Assembly: GCA_963934255.1 (NCBI GenBank)
Contig: CAWVXU010000027.1
Span: forward strand, 1-29,272
DNA length: 29,272 bases
Direction of reading: 5' to 3'
Source: an uncultured Fibrobacterales bacterium
Lineage (GTDB): Bacteria > Fibrobacterota > Fibrobacteria > Fibrobacterales > CAWVXU01
The position numbers and the translations under genes were made by a program. Of the stretch, positions 10,175 through 17,345 are shown piece after piece. Each line of letters begins with the position of its first letter. Positions within the stretch are counted from its first letter, which is position 1. The notes under the pieces are model-generated. The model had not been told where the DNA came from, made no database searches, and saw nothing but the letters and a program-made list of their open reading frames with translations.

Positions 10175-10176
10175 AG

Positions 10177-12927
10177 TTATCCTTGCAATTCAGTCAGAGC
10201 AGCATAGGCTTTTTCAAGCTTATCTTTCTGTGTTGCTAATTTTTCTTTTTCAGTCTTAACCACAGATTCAGCTGCGTTATTTACGAAACGTTCATTTGAA
10301 AGTTTCTTTTCTATACCTGAAATAAAGCTTTTTGTTTTGACGATGTCTTTTTCAATTTTGCCAATTTCCTTCTCTTTGTCTAATATTCCTTCAAGAGGAA
10401 CATAAATAACTGCTCCACTGATAATGACTTGAGCAGAAAATGCTGGAGTCTCAGTTTTTTGGGAAATTGAAACTTCAGATAGTTTAGCTAGCGTTTTAAT
10501 TAAGTCTGTACTTTGGTTCACTAAAGTTGCTTGCGACTCTTCATCGAATTGAACACTAACAGCTAGTTCTAAAATTGGCGAAACTGCATATTGTCCTCGC
10601 ACTGAGCGCACAGCTTCAACAATTCCAAAGATCGCATCAAATTGATTTTCAATATCTTGATTCACAATAGTTGAGTCAAAAGCTGGCCAAGGTGATGTAA
10701 TCAAATCCGGTGAATCTACATATAATACTTTGTTTAATTCTTCAGTAATAAATGGCATCACAGGGTGAAGAACATTAATCAAGTCCTTAAGTACGGAACT
10801 AAATACAGCAAGGCCAGTTGTCTTTAAATCCGAACTCTCAGGATTGGTGATAATCGGCTTTTTAATCTCTAAGTAGCGAGAACAAAAATCATCAAAGGTA
10901 AAGCGGTAAAGAATAGCGACGATGTCAGAAAATCTATAAGTCTCAAGTGCTGAATTCACATTATTAATTGCAGAGTGAAGACGACTAAGAATCCATTTGT
11001 CTTCAAGAGCCAAGTCTTCCATCGTATAATTTAATTGACTTCCAGCTTGCTGAGCTTCAGCTAAATGTGGTTGGACAAAACGACATGCATTCCATAGTTT
11101 GTTGGCAAAATTCCGACCTTGCTCAAATTTTTCAGAGGTGTTGATTTCAACGCCCTCTTCATTAATGACCTTTTTAACTGGAAGTCTTGAATCTTGGTTT
11201 TCGGTGGCAAGAGAAGCCATAGTGAATCTTAAAGCATCGGTACCATATTGTTCGATAATATCTAATGGATCAACACCGTTGCCTTTTGATTTAGACATTC
11301 GTTGACCTTGGCCATCCATGATGGTGGGGTGGATATAGACATGTTTAAAAGGAACTTTACCTGTGTGCTGAATCCCAAAAACAACCATACGTGCAATCCA
11401 AAGTGAAATAATATCACGAGCGGTGACAAGAACAGAAGTTGGGTAATATTCTTCAATGCCTTCATTGGTATGAGGCCAACCTAAAGTTGAGAGTGGCCAT
11501 AAAGCCGAACTAAACCAAGTGTCAAGAACATCGGGGTCACGCGTTAATTTATGGCCTACAAGTGCATCTTCTTCAATATCAATTTCAGAAGCGCAAATGA
11601 GAAAGCCTTGCTCTACTTTTTTCCAAGAAACTGTTGGGTCTTGGCCCCACTTGGCTTGAAGTTCATTTTCTGAAACAGTTGAACAAGACCAAATTGGTAT
11701 TTGATGTCCCCACCAAAGTTGTCTAGAAATACACCAATCTCGTTTTTCGCCTAACCAATCTAGGTAGGTATTTGCATATCGTTTAGGGTGAAATTCAATT
11801 TCGCCGCTTCGAACTGCTTCAAGTGCAGGTTCAGCAATATCAGCCATGGCAACGAACCACTGGTCTGAAAGATAAGGCTCAATGGGGGTTTTAGAACGGT
11901 CAGAATGTCCAACTTGATGTTCGTGGTCTTCAGTTTTATCCATCAGACCTAGTTCTTCAAGCCCAGCTACCACAAGTTTACGAACTTTACGACGATCAAT
12001 ACCTTCAAATGGTCCGGCATTCTCATTGTAAGTTCCATCAACATTCATGAGGTTAATCATCTCAAGATTGTTACGAAGACCTGTCTCATAGTCATTTGGG
12101 TCATGAGCTGGAGTTACTTTAACACAACCTGTACCAAAGTCTGGATTGACTAGAATATCATCAGCTATGACAGTAATTTCTCTATCCACAAATGGGATAC
12201 GAAGCTTTTTACCAATCATGTCTTTGTATCGTTCATCTTGTGAGTGCACAGCTACAGCTGTATCTCCAAGAATAGTCTCGGGACGAGTTGTTGCAACGGG
12301 GAGATAACCTGATCCGTCTGCTAGTGGATATCTAAAATACCACATATGTCCCTTGACAGTTTGGTGCTCAATCTCATCGTCAGCCACAGCGGTTTGGAGG
12401 TGTGCGTCCCAGTTAACCAGGCGTTTACCTCGATAGATTAAGTCTTTAGAAAAAAGTTTAAAGAAAGTCTGACGAACAGCATCAGCACAGACGGGGTCAA
12501 GCGTAAAGCGTTGGCGATCCCAGTCAGCGGAAGATCCGATTTTTTTAAGTTGACCAGTGATGCGGGCTTCGTACTCATCTTTCCAGTCCCAAATACGACT
12601 CACAAGTGCTTCACGACCAATGTCATGACGAGTTTTGTTTTCATCTTCTTTGATTCGACGTTCCACAACAGCTTGAGTTGCGATACCTGCATGGTCTGTA
12701 CCTGGGACCCATAGCGTTTTCTTACCCACCTTACGCTGCCAACGAATAAGGATGTCTTGAACAGTGTTGTTTAAGGCATGACCAAGGTGAAGCGCACCGG
12801 TTACATTGGGTGGAGGGATGACGATCGAATAGGGTTCACCTTGTCCTTGGGGAGCGTAGGCGCCAGTTTGCTGCCATTTTTCAAGCCAAGGGGATTCGAT
12901 ATCACTTGGGGAATAACGTGATTCCAT
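10177..12927 (-). CDS. valS: Valine--tRNA ligase
   Basis: PPPNVTGALHLGHA, PGTDHAGIATQ, ATTRPETILGD, DWCISRQLWWGH, DVLDTWFSS, RMSKSKGN, C-terminal coiled coil KKLSNERFV..A. Confidence 0.98.
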   Translation of the reverse strand: MESRYSPSDIESPWLEKWQQTGAYAPQGQGEPYSIVIPPPNVTGALHLGHALNNTVQDILIRWQRKVGKKTLWVPGTDHAGIATQAVVERRIKEDENKTRHDIGREALVSRIWDWKDEYEARITGQLKKIGSSADWDRQRFTLDPVCADAVRQTFFKLFSKDLIYRGKRLVNWDAHLQTAVADDEIEHQTVKGHMWYFRYPLADGSGYLPVATTRPETILGDTAVAVHSQDERYKDMIGKKLRIPFVDREITVIADDILVNPDFGTGCVKVTPAHDPNDYETGLRNNLEMINLMNVDGTYNENAGPFEGIDRRKVRKLVVAGLEELGLMDKTEDHEHQVGHSDRSKTPIEPYLSDQWFVAMADIAEPALEAVRSGEIEFHPKRYANTYLDWLGEKRDWCISRQLWWGHQIPIWSCSTVSENELQAKWGQDPTVSWKKVEQGFLICASEIDIEEDALVGHKLTRDPDVLDTWFSSALWPLSTLGWPHTNEGIEEYYPTSVLVTARDIISLWIARMVVFGIQHTGKVPFKHVYIHPTIMDGQGQRMSKSKGNGVDPLDIIEQYGTDALRFTMASLATENQDSRLPVKKVINEEGVEINTSEKFEQGRNFANKLWNACRFVQPHLAEAQQAGSQLNYTMEDLALEDKWILSRLHSAINNVNSALETYRFSDIVAILYRFTFDDFCSRYLEIKKPIITNPESSDLKTTGLAVFSSVLKDLINVLHPVMPFITEELNKVLYVDSPDLITSPWPAFDSTIVNQDIENQFDAIFGIVEAVRSVRGQYAVSPILELAVSVQFDEESQATLVNQSTDLIKTLAKLSEVSISQKTETPAFSAQVIISGAVIYVPLEGILDKEKEIGKIEKDIVKTKSFISGIEKKLSNERFVNNAAESVVKTEKEKLATQKDKLEKAYAALTELQG

Positions 12928-12989
12928 AAGAAGTCTCCATTTTTAGACGAAAATCGGGCAGATTGCCCAAAAAAACCATATGATTAGAA

Positions 12990-12997
12990 CAAATATA
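12990..12997 (-). promoter_or_regulatory. Putative TAnnTTTG promoter element for valS-trp operon
   Basis: TATATTTG on the minus strand, 62 nt upstream of the valS ATG. Confidence 0.55.
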
Positions 12998-13094
12998 GGA
13001 ATTGCGAGTGCTCACTGAAACACTAAAGAGGCTCTTTTCGCAAAAATCATATATATTTAATAATAAGTCATTCAATCTTACCCAAGGTCTCTTT

Positions 13095-13865
13095 ATGCCA
13101 TTGATGAAAAAAACTATTTTTGCAATTGCTCTCTGTTCTAGTTTGTGTTTTGTTTCAGCTGCTGAGTATAGCCAAACCAAAACAGAATCATTTGGCGGGG
13201 TAGGGGTTACATTGGTTAAAAAAGGCCAACAATTAGTGATTAACTCTATTATTCAAGGCTCACCTGCTGATCTTGCTGGGATTCAGTCCGGTGATATGAT
13301 TTTGATTGTTGATGGTCAAGAGATGAGTATTCTTACGATGTCTGAAACTTTGGGAATTATGCGCGGAGCTGCTGGCGATGAAATGAATCTAGTAATAGAG
13401 CGCACTGGTGCTGAAGTTTTAGATTTTGCTGTTGATCGTATTAAGATGGATATCAATCAAGGTTATTTAAAAGCAGAGAGTTCAAATACGTTAAGCTCTC
13501 AAGAAATTAAAGACAAAATGAAAGTTCATGCTCAAGCACAAATTTTTCTTGATGGAAAACTTTTAGAGTCAGAGCAAAATGTTCAATCCTACTCTCATGT
13601 TTATTCTGTAGAATGGGGAACTCAGTCAAACAAAGGTTCTTTTGTACCTCAAATTGAGCGTTTTAGTGTGAATTCAAATGGAGATTCTCAATTAAAATTA
13701 AATGAAGATGCACCTTATCAAGCACATCTTTTGGACCTTAGCGGAAAGCTTTTGGCTCAAGAAAAAGGTGCTGGTGAAACCTTTAGCATGAGTGCTAAAT
13801 GGACTGCAGCCCATACTATTGTTCGTGTGATTCAAAAAGGTCAATTATTTCAGCACAAAAATTAA
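13095..13865 (+). CDS. Exported PDZ-domain protein with possible T9SS type-A-like C-terminal domain
   Basis: Start moved from 13002 to ATG 13095 (AAGG upstream; 13104 also possible). Signal peptide MKKTIFAIALCSSLCFVSA; CtpA-like PDZ FGGVGVTL...GSPADLAGIQSGDMILIVDG...MRGAAG...LVIER; C-terminal LLDLSGKLL...IVRV. Confidence 0.75.
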   Translation: MPLMKKTIFAIALCSSLCFVSAAEYSQTKTESFGGVGVTLVKKGQQLVINSIIQGSPADLAGIQSGDMILIVDGQEMSILTMSETLGIMRGAAGDEMNLVIERTGAEVLDFAVDRIKMDINQGYLKAESSNTLSSQEIKDKMKVHAQAQIFLDGKLLESEQNVQSYSHVYSVEWGTQSNKGSFVPQIERFSVNSNGDSQLKLNEDAPYQAHLLDLSGKLLAQEKGAGETFSMSAKWTAAHTIVRVIQKGQLFQHKN

Positions 13866-13892
13866 GAAAAATAAAATTAATGAAAACAAAGC

Positions 13893-13920
13893 AAGGCGAA
13901 GTTTATCTTCGTCTTTTTTT
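13893..13920 (+). terminator. Intrinsic terminator after PDZ gene
   Basis: AAGGCGAAG-TTTAT-CTTCGTCTT followed by a T run. Confidence 0.75.
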
Positions 13921-13976
13921 GAATAAATTAATCAAGATTAAATAAAGTAAAGCTAAAATACAGAGAAATGAAAATA

Positions 13977-14318
13977 TTAGGAAGGGTTGCTTTCCTCTAG
14001 AGAAAAGTATTGTTGGTGTCTTAACTCAATTTCACTTGGAGACAGAATTTTGCTGAGTGAGGGCGGATGAGGCAAGTGATACTTATTTGAATTTCTTATA
14101 CAACTAGTCAAAGCATGCATCAATTTCACTCGTAAAAATTCAGAACCGTCACCTGGATTTGATTGATTTGAATTTAAAAAGAAGCTGACTTGGTCCAAAA
14201 CCTTTAAATAATCTTGATCAGATAAACCCGGCATTGAAGTTAATTCATCACAGAGAGATTCCAGTTGTATTTTAGCATTCAATTTCAAACCACCAATTAT
14301 TTGTCTAAAGACATTCAT
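13977..14318 (-). CDS. Hypothetical protein (about 113 aa)
   Basis: Only sizeable ORF in the gap between two terminators; ATG at 14318 preferred over GTG 14357; no recognised motif. Confidence 0.5.
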   Translation of the reverse strand: MNVFRQIIGGLKLNAKIQLESLCDELTSMPGLSDQDYLKVLDQVSFFLNSNQSNPGDGSEFLRVKLMHALTSCIRNSNKYHLPHPPSLSKILSPSEIELRHQQYFSLEESNPS

Positions 14319-14377
14319 CTTGCATAGACAATTTAAACTGAATGAAATAAACGGCACTAGAAAGTTAAAAAAAATGA

Positions 14378-14405
14378 TAAAATCCGTACTCTCAAAGAGT
14401 ACAGA
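14378..14405 (-). terminator. Intrinsic terminator after spoIID-like gene
   Basis: Minus strand TCTGTACTCT-TTG-AGAGTACGGA followed by TTTTATCATTTTTTTT, 5 nt after the stop codon. Confidence 0.7.
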
Positions 14406-14410
14406 GTAGT

Positions 14411-15847
14411 TTATTTGATTTTTTGAAATTCGATTGAAGTGTAATATGAAGATAGAATTTCACGAAATGTTTGTCCTGCTCGCGATCTTTCTCTAGCTCC
14501 CATTTGACATAGACCAATCCCGTGTCCAAATCCTTTACCATCAAGGTGCCAAGTACCATTTGAATGACTAAAATCGACCCAAGAGCTTGGAAGAATACTC
14601 ATTCTTTTACCGGGTGGATCGAATAACCATCGTACTTTGTCGCCTGGTATTTGAGCGGTTCCCTTAGTGTGCCTTATGATAGCCTTGTGGATGCGACCTT
14701 CATCTGACCTAGATTGAATCTTTAAAACGGGGCTAGCAATCGTAGATTTAATTTTTTTACTTGATTTTTGAGCGTTTTTTTGAAGATTGTTATTCCATTC
14801 CTTGGATGTAAATTGATACTTCCATTCATACAGACTCGATGACTGACACCAAGCATTACCATTTGAATCAAGATCCGATCGACTTTGCAAGTACTCTATG
14901 GTTTGAGATGGCCAAACTTTAGATACATCGGCTGTATAACCACCACAAGTAGAGTGGTAGTAGGCCTCAATCGGAATATTTTTATAGGTCATAATGAGGT
15001 CTTCAGTTTCGGCGACGGCTTCATTACTTAACGCATATTCCTTATTTACACCAAGGTACATTTGATCGCGAACATCTGCATAAAGATCAAAGCCTTTTTT
15101 CCTACGACGATTCAAATAATTATAAGTGTATGTTCTTGCAGCCACAGCCTGGGCTTTTAGAGCTTCAAAAGCCCAATCCCCAAGAATACCAATTTCGTAA
15201 GGTAAAACACCCTTGAGATAATCTTCCATTTCGAGTTGATTGATTAAAACCAATTTACCTGAAATGTTTTTAACAACAAAAACCCCCCGATACGGATTCT
15301 TTTTGAATTCCAAAAAGTCAAATTTCGGTTGAATCACAATGGAATCAGATAATGTTATGTTTGGAAATGAACCATTAATGCAGATTTGTTTATCACAAGC
15401 AATTAGGCTTAACTTACCATCACGCCGTTTTTGTTTTTTGTTATTGTAATGTATGCTAATAGCTTGTGGTGTGTTTATGTGGACTTCTGAAGAGGGGGAT
15501 TCTAAGGCTATTTCAATAAGAGTTCTATAGTTTAAATCTGTTTTAGAACTAGTGGTCACCTCTTTCTTGGTGAGTTTATTCACCGTCTTTTTATCTGCTT
15601 GAGGTTTGCGAAGAGGTTTCTCTTGGGAATTATTTACACTCTCAAGCTTGCTTGTTTTAGAACTAGGTACCTGAGGGGCTGATTTTTTCGCAAGTTCATT
15701 TTCCGATTGACTCTGGGAAGCCCCTAAGTTTTCAAGCTCTTCTACTGAATGGAAATTTTCAAATCGTTTGGGGAATAAATAAGAGCAACTCACCAATACA
15801 AGGCAAATTGCTCCAAAAATAGTTGATTTTAGCACCCGTAATTGCAT
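14411..15847 (-). CDS. SpoIID/LytB-domain lytic transglycosylase, lipoprotein
   Basis: Lipobox LVSC; YRG, IN....EDYLKGVLPYE, ALKAQAVAARTY, DQMY.G, YHSTCGG.T, G.GFGHGIGLCQ.GA, IL..YY. Confidence 0.92.
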   Translation of the reverse strand: MQLRVLKSTIFGAICLVLVSCSYLFPKRFENFHSVEELENLGASQSQSENELAKKSAPQVPSSKTSKLESVNNSQEKPLRKPQADKKTVNKLTKKEVTTSSKTDLNYRTLIEIALESPSSEVHINTPQAISIHYNNKKQKRRDGKLSLIACDKQICINGSFPNITLSDSIVIQPKFDFLEFKKNPYRGVFVVKNISGKLVLINQLEMEDYLKGVLPYEIGILGDWAFEALKAQAVAARTYTYNYLNRRRKKGFDLYADVRDQMYLGVNKEYALSNEAVAETEDLIMTYKNIPIEAYYHSTCGGYTADVSKVWPSQTIEYLQSRSDLDSNGNAWCQSSSLYEWKYQFTSKEWNNNLQKNAQKSSKKIKSTIASPVLKIQSRSDEGRIHKAIIRHTKGTAQIPGDKVRWLFDPPGKRMSILPSSWVDFSHSNGTWHLDGKGFGHGIGLCQMGARERSRAGQTFREILSSYYTSIEFQKIK

Positions 15848-15850
15848 TAT

Positions 15851-16372
15851 TTACTTTTTAGCCTGACTTAACTTTGCCATCTTGACTAATTCTTTTTCAT
15901 ACTTTTCTTTGTCTTCATCATTTAAATAATCAACAAAAAGAACACCATTTAAATGATCAATTTCATGTAAAATACAACGTGCAAAAAGCCCATCAATTTT
16001 ATCGAATTTAATTGGATCGCCATCAATATCAAGTCCTGTGATAGAAATAATGGCGGGACGCTCTACATTGGCGTAGATACCTGGGACAGACAAGCAGCCT
16101 TCTTCGTACATTTCAGGCTCGGCCTCATATGTTACTTCAGGATTGAAAATAATCACAGGATTTTCATTTTCTTCGGGTCCGGAAACATCAACCACAATAA
16201 GGCGAACTGATTCGCCTACCTGAGGAGCAGCAAGGCCGATTCCCTTTGCGTCGTACATTGTTTGAATCATGTTTTCAGCAAGGATGGCAAAATCCTCTGT
16301 AACTTCTTCAACAGGCGTGGCTTTGATTCTCAAAATTTCTGCACCATATTCGTAAATATCTAAAACGGCCAT
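15851..16372 (-). CDS. def: Peptide deformylase
   Basis: GIGLAAPQVG, EGCLSVP, HEIDHLNG motifs. Confidence 0.98.
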   Translation of the reverse strand: MAVLDIYEYGAEILRIKATPVEEVTEDFAILAENMIQTMYDAKGIGLAAPQVGESVRLIVVDVSGPEENENPVIIFNPEVTYEAEPEMYEEGCLSVPGIYANVERPAIISITGLDIDGDPIKFDKIDGLFARCILHEIDHLNGVLFVDYLNDEDKEKYEKELVKMAKLSQAKK

Positions 16373-16465
16373 ATAACCAATTGTCCTTTAATGTCTTGTC
16401 TAAATTGACCTTTTCTATATAGTAATCAGTCTCTATACAGAACTGAGTCATTTTTTTAAAAGTGA

Positions 16466-16735
16466 TTAAATCTTTTTCTGAATTGCTGCACGTGAAAATT
16501 CAATATTAGACTCACCGGTTTTTAGTGTGAAATTTTGTTCATCAATTTTTGTGATTGAACCAATGATGCTTGCATAAGTTAACACTTTATCACCAACGAC
16601 TAGCTTTGAAAGCATTGCTTCACGTTCTTTGGCTTGCTTTTGTTTGGGGCGAATCATTAAAAAATAAAATACTGCCACCATAGCGATGAGTGGTAAAAAT
16701 TGATTTCCAAGTAGGGCTTCCATAGTTTTCTCCAT
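16466..16735 (-). CDS. yajC: Preprotein translocase subunit YajC
   Basis: Single TM helix then FYFLMIRP.QKQ.KE...ML..L..GD.V.T...I.G.I, ending F.R.AI; start may be 16723, which has GGAG upstream. Confidence 0.92.
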   Translation of the reverse strand: MEKTMEALLGNQFLPLIAMVAVFYFLMIRPKQKQAKEREAMLSKLVVGDKVLTYASIIGSITKIDEQNFTLKTGESNIEFSRAAIQKKI

Positions 16736-16743
16736 TTTTTATG

Positions 16744-16751
16744 CAAATATA
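16744..16751 (-). promoter_or_regulatory. Putative TAnnTTTG promoter element for yajC-def-spoIID
   Basis: TATATTTG on the minus strand just upstream of yajC. Confidence 0.55.
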
Positions 16752-16784
16752 CCTAAATGTTTCATCTTTGGTGGAAGAAGTGAC

Positions 16785-16815
16785 TTGACATTTTACAAAC
16801 AATGGGGTAAATTTG
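16785..16815 (+). promoter_or_regulatory. Sigma70-type promoter of tRNA-Arg
   Basis: TTGACA (16785-16790), 17-nt spacer, TAAATTTG (16808-16815), ending 10 nt before the tRNA. Confidence 0.8.
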
Positions 16816-16825
16816 CTCTTCGAAT

Positions 16826-16899
16826 GCGGCTGTAGCTCAGTTGGATAGAGCAACGGATTTCTAATCCGTAGGTCCAAGGTTCGAATCCTTGCAGCCGTA
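16826..16899 (+). tRNA. tRNA-Arg (anticodon TCT), CCA not encoded
   Basis: GCGGCTG acceptor stem, D-arm TAGCTCAGTTGGATAGAGC, anticodon arm ACGGA-TTTCTAA-TCCGT, T-arm CAAGG-TTCGAAT-CCTTG. Confidence 0.97.
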
Positions 16900-16930
16900 T
16901 TTCTTTTTGATTTTATAAATGAGGGACCTC

Positions 16931-17326
16931 ATGAACATACTACTAATTAGCGACAATGCATCTTTAAATCACGAACTTCAGAATCTTCTTAAAGAGGTTT
17001 CTGGAGGCAACTATCAGATCGTTTCAAGTACTCAATTACTTGAAAATGGAGTATCGGGACCTATTGATGTAGTTATGTCTGATCGCAAAACTTGGCAAAA
17101 AGCTTATTCATTAATCAAATACTTTAATGTATCTGGTGCATTTGAGTTCACACCCGTGATGTTTGTGTCTCGCGGACGCAAACCAGCTCAATTTAAAGGT
17201 CGTATTGGTAAAAAAGATATTTTTGTGTCTATTCCAACTAATCGGGATGCATTCAATAATGCATTAGATGATTATAAGCAAGCTTCTGATCAAATGGAAA
17301 TGACTCAAGCAACTTCTCAGTTTTAA
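16931..17326 (+). CDS. Stand-alone degenerate CheY-like receiver-domain protein
   Basis: GAGGGA then ATG at 16931. The pattern MNILLISDN..L...LQNLL / IDVVMSD / TPVMFVS / DIFVSIP follows the receiver beta-alpha layout. Confidence 0.6.
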   Translation: MNILLISDNASLNHELQNLLKEVSGGNYQIVSSTQLLENGVSGPIDVVMSDRKTWQKAYSLIKYFNVSGAFEFTPVMFVSRGRKPAQFKGRIGKKDIFVSIPTNRDAFNNALDDYKQASDQMEMTQATSQF

Positions 17327-17345
17327 TTTGTATTCATTTTAAATA

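Noticed and set aside
10175..10300. trp leader peptide or attenuator upstream of trpE
   Set aside because: Only 2 nt separate valS and trpE; no Trp-codon-rich mini-ORF or terminator seen.
12928..13094. T-box riboswitch upstream of valS
   Set aside because: No AAGGTGGNACC-type T-box sequence found, and the putative leader (~60 nt) is too short.
13002..13094. N-terminal extension of the PDZ ORF from TTG 13002
   Set aside because: It would bury the signal peptide and overlap the divergent promoter region; ATG 13095 has an SD-like site.
16426..16456. Hairpin between yajC and def as a terminator
   Set aside because: The stem is weak and the T-tract is on the plus strand, opposite to the direction of these genes.
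16620..16877. 85-aa minus-strand ORF
   Set aside because: Antisense translation of tRNA-Arg and overlaps yajC out of frame.
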